A stretch of 59,622 nucleotides of DNA from Fimbriimonadaceae bacterium (lineage in GTDB: Bacteria > Armatimonadota > Fimbriimonadia > Fimbriimonadales > Fimbriimonadaceae), in the NCBI GenBank assembly GCA_040081075.1, contig JBEBHJ010000014.1:1-59622 (forward strand), read 5' to 3'. The position numbers and the translations under genes were made by a program. How positions within the stretch are numbered: the first letter of the stretch is position 1; the number at the start of each line of letters is the position of its first letter. The notes under the pieces are model-generated. The model had not been told where the DNA came from. It saw nothing but the letters and a program-made list of their open reading frames with translations, and searched no databases. Shown here in pieces: positions 1 to 9,899 of the stretch.

Positions 1-2413
1 GACCTACGCGTCGGCAGGGAAACGGATGCAGATCGATCTTGGTCGACGAAAGCTTGATATTGAAGTATCCAGTGAGAAATCGAAGTATCAACCGGGCGAA
101 ATGGCCAGCTTCAATGTGAAAACTTCGGTCAACGGCTCACCCGTCCCTGCAGAAATCTCGTTGGGACTGGTGGACGAATCCATCTACGCGATCGCCGCCG
201 ACGACTTTAGCATCGCCGACGAACTTTATCCGAAAGTGTCCAGTTCGGTGGAAACCCAATATTCGTTCCCTCAACTCTATCTGGATGGCGGTGATAAAGC
301 TCCAAAGAATATTCAGGTGAGGCGAGTCTTTAAGGACACAGCATTCTGGGCACCAACGGTTTTCACCGATGGGACGGGGCAAGCCACGGTCACTTTGAAA
401 CTGCCCGATAATCTCACAACTTGGCGAGCCACCGTTCGAGGGGTTACGAATCGCTCTGAAGCCGGCCAAGCGACATCAAAGATTTTGTCCGCCAAAGACC
501 TGATGGTTCGGGTGGAAGGCCCCAGTTTCTTTGTTGCGGGCGACAAGCAAACCGTCAACGCTGTGGTCACGAATTCGACGGACAAAGATGCGGCCGTTAA
601 ATTGCAGTTCGAACCCAAGAACATCACGCTCGCCGGAGATTCGCAACGATCTGTCGACGTGAAAGCTGGTGGTACCGCAAGCGTTCAAATTGAACTCACG
701 GCTACCCAAACGGGAGACGCCAATCTTGTAGCAAAGGCTTGGATTGATGGGGGCGCCACTGATGGGGTGGAGCAGCATTTCGAAATCCGACCCGCGGGCG
801 TCCTGTCCCAACAAGCGGTCAGTGGTAATTCTGTCGAACAACCCAGCTTCCAAATCAACTTTGACGCGCTCTCAGATAAGAATCACGGTCGATTGAAAAT
901 CACCTTAGCCCCAACCATCGGGGCGAGCGTTTTGCAATCTCTCGATGGCCTGATTGACTTCCCGTATGGTTGCGTTGAGCAGACTATGAGCCGCTTTCTG
1001 CCTGCGATTGTTGCAGTACAAACAACCAAGGAACTCGGATTGCCTCCTCTGGACAGGGCACCCGAGCTTCCCGCCATTGTGTCTGACAGCCTTGTTCGGC
1101 TTGCCAACATGCAGCATAGCGATGGCGGTTGGGGTTGGTGGAAGGACGATGAAACCGACGCCCACATGACTGCCTACGTTTTAGAAGGCTTACTTCGAGC
1201 CAAGGCATATGGCTATCATGTTCCTGAAAGCATGCTAACTCGGGGAATAGAAGGAGCAACCAAGTTCCTTGAAACTAAGATTTCTCCGCCCGAATGGGCG
1301 AATACTCCTGACTACAGAAGTCGGTTTTGGATCGAAGAGACCAACAAGCGCATGTACTTGGCATCGGTCTTGAGTCAGACGGACGGGAAAGCCGCGGCGG
1401 CCAAATTTGTCGCCGGAGTTTCGCTGGAGAAAGCCTCGGCCCTAACGGCCGCCTACCTCGCCTACTATCAGAAATCGACGGGAGCAAACCCTGCAGCGGC
1501 GTTAGCGAAACTCACGAGCTTAGCTCGGATCAGCGGCCCAATTGCAAAGTGGGATGAGGGCTATTGGGGCGTCGAGACGACCGCTCGGTGCACTCAATTA
1601 CTTGCGAAGACCGACCCGACGAACCCCTTAATCCTTAAGGGTGTTCAATATTTGCTGAGTGAAAAGAAATCGAGTTTTTGGATGAGCACCCGCGATACAG
1701 CGTACGCCATTTTAGCCCTCACTGAGTATTTCAAATCAACAAAGGAGACCGTCAACCTCAAGGGAGAAGCAATTGTTGCCTTGAACAACCAAGAAATCGG
1801 CCGCGTTGTTTTCGCTGGTGATCGGTTAGGCAGCCCAAAGAATGTGCTTACAATCCCGGTTTCTCAGTTGCAATCGGGTGCCAACACAATCACAGTTAAG
1901 CGAACTGATGGCGGTCGTGCTTACTACTCTGCCGAGCTTAAATCCTACACACCCACCATTCCGGCCTCCTCGAACGGGCTGACGATAACTCGAACCTACC
2001 ATCGCATGGAAACCACGCGCCAACAAGATGGAACCACGAGGTTTGCCTCAAACGAGACCCCCTCTGATCGCTTCGAGAAAGGTGACTTAGTAGAAGTCAG
2101 ACTTATCCTCGAAAGCGCAAACGACCTCGAATACATGCTGATTGAAGATCCAATCCCCGCCGCATTCCGAATCACCGATCGCGATACGATGCCCGACACC
2201 GAGAGTTGGAACTGGTGGTGGTCAAACTGGCAATTCTATGATGATCGGGCCGCCGTCTTCGCGGATCGTGTTCCCAAGGGAAAATCAGTGATCACCTACG
2301 TGATGAGAGCAGAAATGGCGGGAAAATCCACCGCGAACCCCACCACCGCTTACAATATGTACGACCCCCAAAATCGCTCATTCTCAACTAGCCGCTCCGT
2401 TGAGGTGCGCTAG
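1..2413 (+). CDS. alpha-2-macroglobulin family protein, 5'-truncated by window edge (C-terminal ~795 aa)
   Basis: ORF 26..2413 is open to the window start. It carries the thioester motif in 'DFPYGCVEQTMSRFLP' and the terpenoid-cyclase-like region 'SDGGWGWW' typical of bacterial A2M. Confidence 0.85.
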   Translation, partial: TYASAGKRMQIDLGRRKLDIEVSSEKSKYQPGEMASFNVKTSVNGSPVPAEISLGLVDESIYAIAADDFSIADELYPKVSSSVETQYSFPQLYLDGGDKAPKNIQVRRVFKDTAFWAPTVFTDGTGQATVTLKLPDNLTTWRATVRGVTNRSEAGQATSKILSAKDLMVRVEGPSFFVAGDKQTVNAVVTNSTDKDAAVKLQFEPKNITLAGDSQRSVDVKAGGTASVQIELTATQTGDANLVAKAWIDGGATDGVEQHFEIRPAGVLSQQAVSGNSVEQPSFQINFDALSDKNHGRLKITLAPTIGASVLQSLDGLIDFPYGCVEQTMSRFLPAIVAVQTTKELGLPPLDRAPELPAIVSDSLVRLANMQHSDGGWGWWKDDETDAHMTAYVLEGLLRAKAYGYHVPESMLTRGIEGATKFLETKISPPEWANTPDYRSRFWIEETNKRMYLASVLSQTDGKAAAAKFVAGVSLEKASALTAAYLAYYQKSTGANPAAALAKLTSLARISGPIAKWDEGYWGVETTARCTQLLAKTDPTNPLILKGVQYLLSEKKSSFWMSTRDTAYAILALTEYFKSTKETVNLKGEAIVALNNQEIGRVVFAGDRLGSPKNVLTIPVSQLQSGANTITVKRTDGGRAYYSAELKSYTPTIPASSNGLTITRTYHRMETTRQQDGTTRFASNETPSDRFEKGDLVEVRLILESANDLEYMLIEDPIPAAFRITDRDTMPDTESWNWWWSNWQFYDDRAAVFADRVPKGKSVITYVMRAEMAGKSTANPTTAYNMYDPQNRSFSTSRSVEVR

Positions 2414-3209
2414 GGTGTCGAAGGAACCCAAGGGGTTGGGGAAGATACAGGCCCCAAAGCCCGCGGCTGTCTGCACCGCAATTGCTTTGTTTGGTGCCGC
2501 TGGTGTCGGAATCGCCCTGGCAAAGCAGCCACCCCGAGAAGTTGTGATCGGGGGCTACATGACCAGCCTTCAGGGCAGAACGGACAATCAGCGACACAAC
2601 GCCTACCTTGCCCTTTTGAAGCTGAATGGAAGGGTAGTTAAGCCGGGAGAAGTGTTCTCGTTCAACGACACCGTAGGTTCATGGAGCCGAGATAAGGGGT
2701 ATCGCCGAGCGCCCGTAAGTTACAACGGAACGTTGGTAGATGCATGGGGCGGAGGCGTCTGCCAAGCCTCAACCACGGTCTACAATGCGTCGCTATTATC
2801 TGGGCTTGAAATCGTGCGCCGGTTCCCACATGTCTTTGCGCCATCGTATTGCCCGCCCGGCCGAGACGCCGCCGTTGCTTTTGGAGGTATCGACCTCAAA
2901 GTTCGCAATCCATTTTCGTACCCAGTTAAGCTGAAGGGGGTTGTACAAGGCGATAATCTCACAGTTTCATGGGTTGCAGATGGTCGCACGACTCTTCCTA
3001 CCAGACCCACCATTTCCAGTCAAGTCATGAATTTCGAGCGGCCCGGTCATGTGGTGGTTAATCACGGAGAGACCACAAACGTTGCGCGAATTCGAAACGG
3101 GGGCAAACCCGGTTGGGAGGTAATCACCTACCGGATTTGGCCCGAACGCCGCGAGTTTATCTCGCAGGATACTTATCCCGTCATGGACCGGATAATCGAG
3201 TTCCGTTAG
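2400..3209 (+). CDS. VanW domain-containing protein (likely start GTG ~2415, giving an N-terminal TM helix)
   Basis: Has a 'GGGVCQASTTVYNASLLSGLEI' core and an N-terminal hydrophobic segment 'AAVCTAIALFGAAGVGIALA', consistent with the VanW family. Confidence 0.7.
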   Translation: MRCARVSKEPKGLGKIQAPKPAAVCTAIALFGAAGVGIALAKQPPREVVIGGYMTSLQGRTDNQRHNAYLALLKLNGRVVKPGEVFSFNDTVGSWSRDKGYRRAPVSYNGTLVDAWGGGVCQASTTVYNASLLSGLEIVRRFPHVFAPSYCPPGRDAAVAFGGIDLKVRNPFSYPVKLKGVVQGDNLTVSWVADGRTTLPTRPTISSQVMNFERPGHVVVNHGETTNVARIRNGGKPGWEVITYRIWPERREFISQDTYPVMDRIIEFR

Positions 3210-4390
3210 AACTTGATCCCATACGTGAACAGCGCCCAGAACTGATCCTTGGTCGATGCGCCGTTGAATGCCTTGATGAAGCTGCCGGGCTTAAACAGGG
3301 CAAGCTCAAGTTCAACTCGTTGACCGCGCCCCAAATCCCACTTCCCCATAAAGTTAAGCTCGCTTCCGACATCGGAGCCGGAGGATCCGGTTGGATCAAT
3401 GAAAGCGCCACCTGGACCCCGATTAATGCTGCCGCCTGGGCCATACCAACCGTCCGACTTGTCGCGGAGCGAAAACTTGTGGAAAGATACGGTGTACTCA
3501 GCGGTCTTACTTGGCTTGTAGACGGCTCCGACTTCGAAGTGATTCATGTTGCGAAGGCCCTGCATATCCGAAAGGCCATAGTGGACGTGAGCCGTTCCAT
3601 AAACCGCATCGAATCCTCGATTAGTGTTGACGTCACCGCCACCGCTCGCCGCGTTTGCTTCGAAATATACATTTGTTGTAGGGCCAGCTTTGTAAGTAGC
3701 TTTTCCATGAAGCATGAAGGTATCGAAGCGGCGCCCGTTGATTGTTCCGCGTTGAATGGCACCTTCCGCCGCATAGCTCAGCTTGTCGGAGCTTCCAGTG
3801 TATCGATGATCAAAGGTCCAGTAGTTGGCATCGCTCACCCATCGGTCTGACTTGAAATAGGCAAGGGTTTCGCCAGCGGCCCACTTAACTTGGCCGCCGA
3901 ACAGCCTCGATTGCTCGCTTCGGTTGCCAATGAATCCAACTTTGCCGGCAAACATGTCAACCTTGTTGGTCTGGAATCGGAGGAGGTCGTAAGACTTGGA
4001 ACGCTGACCGAAGTTGGATTCTTCGAATAGGCGCTTATCACCGAAGTTTAGTAGTTGACGCCCGACCGAAAACGTCCCCGAGTCGTTCTTGAAGTTAACA
4101 TAACCAAGATAGAGGTCGCTATGCATGTCCGAAAAGTTGCGGGTGGGAGTCCACGATTCGGTGTTTGCGTATTGATAGCGGAGCTTACCGCTCACCCCAT
4201 TTGGACCTTCAAAATCCGCGCCAACACGAAGTCGAGCGTCAAAGCCTGATCGGTTATCGCTCGCGGCGGAGTTCAAATCACGGTCAGTTCGTCGGTCAAA
4301 TCGTGCACGAGCTTCAATCACAGGCGCGATCTTAAACTCATTAAGAAAAAGGGCTTTGAGGTTTGCGGGCAGCATCAAAAACATGATCAC
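3206..4390 (-). CDS. outer-membrane beta-barrel protein (alginate-export/porin-like), hypothetical
   Basis: 394 aa with an N-terminal hydrophobic leader, alternating amphipathic strands, many Gly/Tyr/aromatic girdles and a C-terminal '...FTYGIKF' terminal Phe typical of OMPs. Confidence 0.5.
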   Translation of the reverse strand: MIMFLMLPANLKALFLNEFKIAPVIEARARFDRRTDRDLNSAASDNRSGFDARLRVGADFEGPNGVSGKLRYQYANTESWTPTRNFSDMHSDLYLGYVNFKNDSGTFSVGRQLLNFGDKRLFEESNFGQRSKSYDLLRFQTNKVDMFAGKVGFIGNRSEQSRLFGGQVKWAAGETLAYFKSDRWVSDANYWTFDHRYTGSSDKLSYAAEGAIQRGTINGRRFDTFMLHGKATYKAGPTTNVYFEANAASGGGDVNTNRGFDAVYGTAHVHYGLSDMQGLRNMNHFEVGAVYKPSKTAEYTVSFHKFSLRDKSDGWYGPGGSINRGPGGAFIDPTGSSGSDVGSELNFMGKWDLGRGQRVELELALFKPGSFIKAFNGASTKDQFWALFTYGIKF

Positions 4391-4453
4391 GCAGATTTAA
4401 CCTTATTAAGGGAATGTTATTGTTGATAACACTTAGGCTCAAGGATGCCAGCC

Positions 4454-4471
4454 CTTAATCCTCTCTTAATC
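4454..4471 (+). promoter_or_regulatory. Pho-box-like direct repeat CTTAATC-CTCT-CTTAATC (7+4+7), 37 bp upstream of the porin/pst start
   Basis: An exact 7-bp direct repeat with 11-bp periodicity sits in the divergent intergenic region ahead of a porin-pstSCAB operon. PhoB-family boxes have this geometry. The CCTTATTAAGG palindrome at 4401-4411 lies nearby. Confidence 0.3.
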
Positions 4472-4508
4472 AAGCAACCGCAACATTTTCATCGGAGGAA
4501 TCCAGGAT

Positions 4509-5905
4509 ATGATTTATAAGCACACATTCACGTGCCTGACCTTACTTGCCTTGGCAGTTGTCGGAGCAACAGCTCCTCAGGAGAAAAAGCCCCAAGACAA
4601 GAAGGAAACGGCAAAGAAAGCCGCTCAGGCCCTTTCACCCCGCGTGAAAGAATTCATTACTCTTCGCGATAAGGCGACAGCCATCACTATGAAAATCGGT
4701 GAAATCGCGAGCTCCGGCAAGCTGACAACCAGCGACGAGGCGGTGGCGGCACTAAAGGCTCTCGTTCAGGAACTGGCCGATGTCAACGAAAAGTTGAAGA
4801 AGATGCAGGAGGAGATTGAGGAGATCAAAGGCTGGATCGAAGGTCAAAACGAAAGCCTGCCCATCATCGCAAATGATGTTGATCAACTCAAGCGGTTCAA
4901 AAACGGAACCTACTTGCAGTTTCAATACACCGACGGTCAAAACAACGCGAGTACGGCTCGTCCTAATGACGGCTTCAACATGCGGCGAACTCGGTTTTCG
5001 CACAACGGCACGATTGATGCGAAGACGAGCTATAAGCTCTCTGTTGACTTTTCATCGGGTTCTCAGCGTCTTGGGGCCGAGCTCAAGGATGCCCAAATTA
5101 AATACGATATCGAGCCCTCCACCGACAAGGTTGGCACAGAACTCTACTTTGGTCAACAGCCAATTCCCCTTGGCTACGAGCTCGAGCGTAGCTCAACCGA
5201 GCGAGAGTTTCCGGAGCGGGCGGCGTACAACCAACGCCTAATGGAATGGCCGGCGAGCGAGGTCGCGGCGTTTACATTAAGCATGGAGTGTCCAAAAACA
5301 CATACGTCCACGCTGGTTTATGGAACAGCTTGACCTACAATGACCCTCAGCAGCTTGAAGTCAACACCTTCCGAAACCTCTCGGGCACTCGCCTTGGCGG
5401 TCACGTTGGTGTCAAGTATGCCAACGAAAAGACTGAGATCGGACTCAGCGGATTTACGAGCTATAGAAACCCTCTTTCGTTCAGCCCTGCAGCCGGAACA
5501 ACGATTACAACTGATGGCGGCCAGCGACACCTGATCTACTTGGATGGCGCTTGGATTCCGAATCCGCAATGGGCCGTGCGCGGCGAGTTAATGTTTGGTA
5601 AGGATCGAGCTCCTCAGTTTAGTGGCAGCGGTGCCTCCCGAACGACCCCTCTGAGTTTCGAAACCGTGCGTGGCAACCACCTTCAAGTGAGCTATAGCCC
5701 GAACTACCGAAACACGATCAGCATTAGGAGCGAGTTCTTCGATCCCAATACTGGTCCAAACGACAACATTTTTGGTTATGGCGTGGCCTGGTCATACATG
5801 CTAAACCCAGGCACCAAGCTGACATTTGCTCATGAGATATTCAAAGAGCAAGGCTCTGACACCACCAATAACCTAACGACCATTCGACTTCAAGTGAAGT
5901 TCTAA
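4509..5905 (+). CDS. phosphate-selective porin O/P-like outer membrane protein; apparent frameshift (ORFs 4509..5333 and 5246..5905 overlap in different frames)
   Basis: The first ORF has a signal peptide, a coiled-coil and 'NGTYLQFQYTDGQNN...FNMRRTRF', like the porin O/P N-terminus. The second ORF continues beta strands and ends '...TIRLQVKF'. It sits immediately upstream of pstS. Confidence 0.6.
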
Positions 5906-5916
5906 GGAGATTAATC

Positions 5917-6732
5917 ATGATTACATCACTCATTGCAAGTGTCGTCCTCGCAAACCCGGTCGCCGGATCGGTCAGCGTGAAGGGCTCAGACACGATGCTC
6001 ATTCTCAACCAGCGATGGGCGGAAGCGTTTAGCAAGACGAATCCAAGCATTAGCGTTGACGTCACCGGTGGCGGTTCCTCTATCGGAATCCGCTCATTCA
6101 TCAACCGCGTCTGCGATATCTGCGCGGCTTCTCGAAAGATGAAAGCCAGCGAGGTTCAAAGCGCGCGCTCGAACCGAGGCGTTGCGAATGAGATTCCGGT
6201 GGCACTGGATGGCCTCGCGATTGCCGTTAACAAAGACAATCCAATCAAGTCAATTTCGATGGACGAGCTCAGGCGCGTTTATATCGGGCAGATCAAGAAC
6301 TGGAGTCAGTTGGGCGGGTCAAACGCACCGATTATTGTCTTCAGCCGCGATAGCAACTCGGGAACTTATGGGTTCTTCCAAGAGAAAGTTCTTCGGAACC
6401 AGAACTGGGGTGGCCACGTTCGCTTCCTGCCTTCAACCAGCGAGGAAGCTCGGGAAGTATCACGTACCGAGAACGGCATCGCCTATGGCGGAGTGGCTTA
6501 CTTCAAAGGCAAGTCTGGGCTAAAGATCGTTCCGGTTTCGGTGAAGGAAGGCGGCGAGGCCATTGCTCCAACCGAAGCCAATGTTCGATCCAAGACCTAT
6601 CCGATCTGGCGCTACCTCTACTATTACACGAACGGCAAGCCAACTGGGGCCACGAAGACTTTCATTGACTACGTGTTGTCTCCATCGGGTCAAAAAGTTG
6701 TCGAGCAAGTTGGCTATTACAGCCTGAACTAG
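5917..6732 (+). CDS. pstS: phosphate ABC transporter substrate-binding protein PstS
   Basis: PBP-like with 'SVKGSDTMLILNQRWAEAF...VDVTGGGSSIGI'. A GGAG RBS lies at 5906-5909. It is followed by pstCAB. Confidence 0.85.
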   Translation: MITSLIASVVLANPVAGSVSVKGSDTMLILNQRWAEAFSKTNPSISVDVTGGGSSIGIRSFINRVCDICAASRKMKASEVQSARSNRGVANEIPVALDGLAIAVNKDNPIKSISMDELRRVYIGQIKNWSQLGGSNAPIIVFSRDSNSGTYGFFQEKVLRNQNWGGHVRFLPSTSEEAREVSRTENGIAYGGVAYFKGKSGLKIVPVSVKEGGEAIAPTEANVRSKTYPIWRYLYYYTNGKPTGATKTFIDYVLSPSGQKVVEQVGYYSLN

Positions 6733-6750
6733 TTCGTAGTTGCCGAAGTC

Positions 6751-8213
6751 ATGAAAGCCCGACTGACAGATTGGATCATGGAGCGCCTTGTGGCGATCTC
6801 TGGGATCTCGGTCGGGCTTTTGGTTCTGAGTGTTTTCTATTTTCTTGCTTCCGAATCGCGCTATGCGTTTGATAGGAAGTTTCCTTACGGGTATCGCATT
6901 GCCCTTCAACCTGCTTCCGCTCCGAGTTCGGATGCCGTGGAGATGGATCCAAATGCGAGCGTAATCACCGCCCATATGGATGGCCTCGATGGTCTTGACG
7001 ACAAAGAGTCGTTGCCGATGCCCACGCTTTCGGACCTCGCGGGTGTCGCCACAACTGGAACGGGGTCCCCCCTCGTCAGTGACCTGAAAAAGGCAGATTC
7101 GGCCCAATTAACACGTGACGACTGGCGAGCTTGGAAGTCAGCTTCGGAAGGTGAGACGTTTTATCTTTACGCCTACGGGACTCCGGAGCTCAAAGAGTCC
7201 AAGGTAAAGCTTCGTTGGGAACCCGATGCGTCCTACGATCCCAAGCTTGGGGTTCATAACGTTCACCTCACATTGGCTCAAGCTCCGCCTGGAATCACAG
7301 CCCCACCCGTTGATGTTGACCTCGTCGCCCAGCCCTCCGGAGAGATTGAGTTACCCGCGTGGCAAGCCAAATCAGATGAGGACCGAACAAAAGGTTACAT
7401 TTTCAAGGTTCAAGTTGAACCCAAAGCAGGTTCAAACCTTACGGCTACTCTTGGAGGCTTCGTCAAGTCAGAATGGTCACCAACCTCTCAGTATCCAAAG
7501 TTCGGATTTATCGCCCTTCTAATTTCAACACTCACCATCACTGGGTTAGCGTTGCTTTTCGCCATTGGGCCGGCGCTTATGGCCGCCGTCTACGTTCGAG
7601 AACTGGCTCCGCGCCGCGTAGGAGAGTGGCTCAAGCCCATTATCGAAATGCTGGCAAGCACCCAACCGTGGTCCTTGGATATTTCGGGCTTATGTTGGTT
7701 GCACCAGGCTTGGTTTCCACTTTTGGCAAAGCTCTCTCCTTTGATTCTGGAAGGTGCGTATTGACGGCCGCGATCATGATGGCCATCTTGATCATGCCCA
7801 CAATCGTTTCCATTGCCGAGGACACCCTTGGCAATCTCCCCAACTCGCTCCGGCAGGGCGGCGAGGCCTTGGGTCTAACCACGATGGAATCGGTGCGCAA
7901 GGTAGTGATTCCGGCCGCTAAGCCAGGTTTGATCGGGGCTGGAATGTTAGGGTTTGCCCGTGCGCTCGGCGAGACGATGATCGTGTGGATTCTCGCGGGA
8001 GGCACGCCAAACATGATTCCGTTTTCGCCGCGGGCTCTGGTTTCGCCAGTAAGAGGTATCGCCGATACGATTGGCATCGAAATGGCAAATGTAGAGTTTG
8101 AGAAACCTCATTACGGACATCTCTTTTTGATTGGATTGGTGCTGTTTTTGCTGACGATCTCCATCAACCTATATGCTCAAAAGGTTTCAAGGAGGGCACT
8201 GTGCAGAGTGTGA
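6751..8213 (+). CDS. pstC: phosphate ABC transporter permease PstC with a long N-terminal periplasmic insert; apparent frameshift near 7650-7670 (ORFs 6751..7764 and 7473..8213)
   Basis: Frame 1 reads '...IIEMLAS' and frame 3 continues 'VVLGYFGLMLVAPG...ARALGETMIVWILAGG', conserved PstC segments. A 1-nt indel reconciles them. Confidence 0.65.
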
Positions 8214-9103
8214 TGATAAGCGAATCTGAACTCCTGTTACGCGATCGGCGACGTCAGGGCCGCTCAAATACTTTGGCTTCGCTAGCGATCGGATCAGCCG
8301 GAGTGTTGGTTTTGATCATTGTAATCATCGTTGGAACGGTGCTCTGGAAAGGTATCCCCGCCATGACATGGGAGTTCCTTTCAACCGGACCCCAAGAAGG
8401 AATGAGCAAGGGCGGCATTTGGCCCATGATCCGGGGCTCGATCCTATTAATGGCAGGAACTCTCGTTCTTACGTTGCCGATTGGAGTGCTTGCGGGGATT
8501 TGGCTGGCAGAATATGCAACCGATAACCGCCTTACGCGTGCGATTCGGGCAAGCGTGAGTTCTCTCGCGGGAACGCCTTCCATCATTTTTGGCCTCTTTG
8601 GGCTCGCCATCTTTGTGCTTAAGTTCAACCTAGGGACTTCGCTCTTGGCCGGTTGGTTGACGCTGGCTATCTACTCGATTCCAATGGTTGTCTTAACCAC
8701 CGAACAAGCTTTCAAAGAAGTTCCTCAAACCGTTGAAGAGGGTGGCATCGCGCTCGGATTATCCAAGTGGCAGACCACTTGGAAGGTGATGTTTCCAAAC
8801 GCCTTACCGGGGATCCTGACCGGACTCGTGCTTACTGTCGCGCGAGTTGCAGGAGAAGCTCCCCCAATCTTGCTCACCGCTGCAATTTACTATTCAACCG
8901 AAAAACTCAGCCTTGGCTGGGACTCACTCAAACGTCCCGTCGCAAACCTCCCGTACCACTTGGCGGAAGGTTATCGGCAGGGCGGTGTCATTCCGGAGAA
9001 AATCATATGGGGTACATGCCTGTCGTTAATGCTACTCGTGCTAATCATCAACTTAGCCGCGACCTTAATCCGAGCCCGAGCTCGGGCCAAGCTGAACTGG
9101 TAA
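8201..9103 (+). CDS. pstA: phosphate ABC transporter permease PstA
   Basis: ABC permease with an EAA-like loop in 'LSKWQTTWKVMFPNALPGILTGLVLTVARVAGE'. Its position is between pstC and pstB. Confidence 0.85.
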   Translation: MQSVMISESELLLRDRRRQGRSNTLASLAIGSAGVLVLIIVIIVGTVLWKGIPAMTWEFLSTGPQEGMSKGGIWPMIRGSILLMAGTLVLTLPIGVLAGIWLAEYATDNRLTRAIRASVSSLAGTPSIIFGLFGLAIFVLKFNLGTSLLAGWLTLAIYSIPMVVLTTEQAFKEVPQTVEEGGIALGLSKWQTTWKVMFPNALPGILTGLVLTVARVAGEAPPILLTAAIYYSTEKLSLGWDSLKRPVANLPYHLAEGYRQGGVIPEKIIWGTCLSLMLLVLIINLAATLIRARARAKLNW

Positions 9104-9105
9104 AA

Positions 9106-9858
9106 ATGATCGTCGAAACCAAGGCTGTTGAGCTTTACTACGGGAAGAAACAAGTTCTTCGCGACATTTGCTTTGCTGCGCTTGAAAAGAAAGTTACTGC
9201 CCTCATCGGCCCCAGCGGATGCGGCAAGAGCTCATTCTTGCGATGCCTGAACCGAATGAACGATCGGATTCCCGGCTTTCGCATGAATGGCGAAATCAAG
9301 GTGAACGGCATCAATCCTTACGCCAAGGGCACCGATCTGCTCAAGCTCCGAAGGGAAGTAGGAATGCTGTTTCAAAAGCCAAACCCTTTTGCCAGCACGA
9401 TCTACGAAAACATTGCCCTCGCACCGAGGTTGCACTACGGCTTGAAGGGTGAAAAACTCGATGAAGTGATTGAAGATAGCCTTCGAAAAGCGGCGCTTTG
9501 GCACGAGGTAAAGGATGAGTATCGCAAAAAGAGCGCTCTCGAACTCTCTGGTGGTCAGCAACAGCGCCTCTGCTTGGCTCGAATGCTTGCCGTCCAGCCC
9601 CAAATCCTCTTGATGGATGAGCCCTGCAGCGCGCTAGATCCCATTGCTAGTGCTAAGGTTGAGGAACTCATTGTGGAACTTGCCCGCGATTACACGGTCC
9701 TCATCGTCACCCACAACCTGCAACAAGCGCATCGCGTTTCGGATGTCACCGCATTCTTTATGCTCGGCGAACTTATCGAACTCGGCCCCACCAACCCCAT
9801 GTTCGAGGGTCCCGATCAGAAGATGACCCAAGATTATTTACAAGGGCGATTCGGTTAA
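9106..9858 (+). CDS. pstB: phosphate ABC transporter ATP-binding protein PstB
   Basis: Walker A 'GPSGCGKSS', signature 'LSGGQQQRL', Walker B 'LLMDEP' and PstB-typical 'ASTIYENIA'. The ATG at 9106 follows the pstA stop at 9101-9103. Confidence 0.9.
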   Translation: MIVETKAVELYYGKKQVLRDICFAALEKKVTALIGPSGCGKSSFLRCLNRMNDRIPGFRMNGEIKVNGINPYAKGTDLLKLRREVGMLFQKPNPFASTIYENIALAPRLHYGLKGEKLDEVIEDSLRKAALWHEVKDEYRKKSALELSGGQQQRLCLARMLAVQPQILLMDEPCSALDPIASAKVEELIVELARDYTVLIVTHNLQQAHRVSDVTAFFMLGELIELGPTNPMFEGPDQKMTQDYLQGRFG

Positions 9859-9862
9859 GGCC

Positions 9863-9899
9863 CACGGGTTGTATGATTCGCAGTAAAATCTAACCCGTG
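9863..9899 (+). promoter_or_regulatory. 8-bp inverted repeat CACGGGTT...AACCCGTG (21-nt loop) directly after the pstB stop, enclosing the GTG start of the next gene
   Basis: Seen in sequence: the stem arms are at 9863-9870 and 9892-9899, and the GTG start of the CoA-transferase gene is 9897-9899. Confidence 0.25.

Noticed and set aside
3113-3850. 245-aa plus-strand ORF overlapping the OMP gene
   Set aside because: Antisense to the better-supported beta-barrel ORF (terminal Phe, signal peptide). No motifs.
4401-4411. CCTTATTAAGG palindrome as a transposon end or IS inverted repeat
   Set aside because: Single short palindrome with no partner copy or transposase nearby. More likely a regulator site in the divergent promoter.
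8767-9105. N-terminal extension of the pstB ORF back into pstA
   Set aside because: The pstA frame is the conserved one here. The ATG at 9106 immediately after the pstA stop gives a canonical PstB N-terminus.
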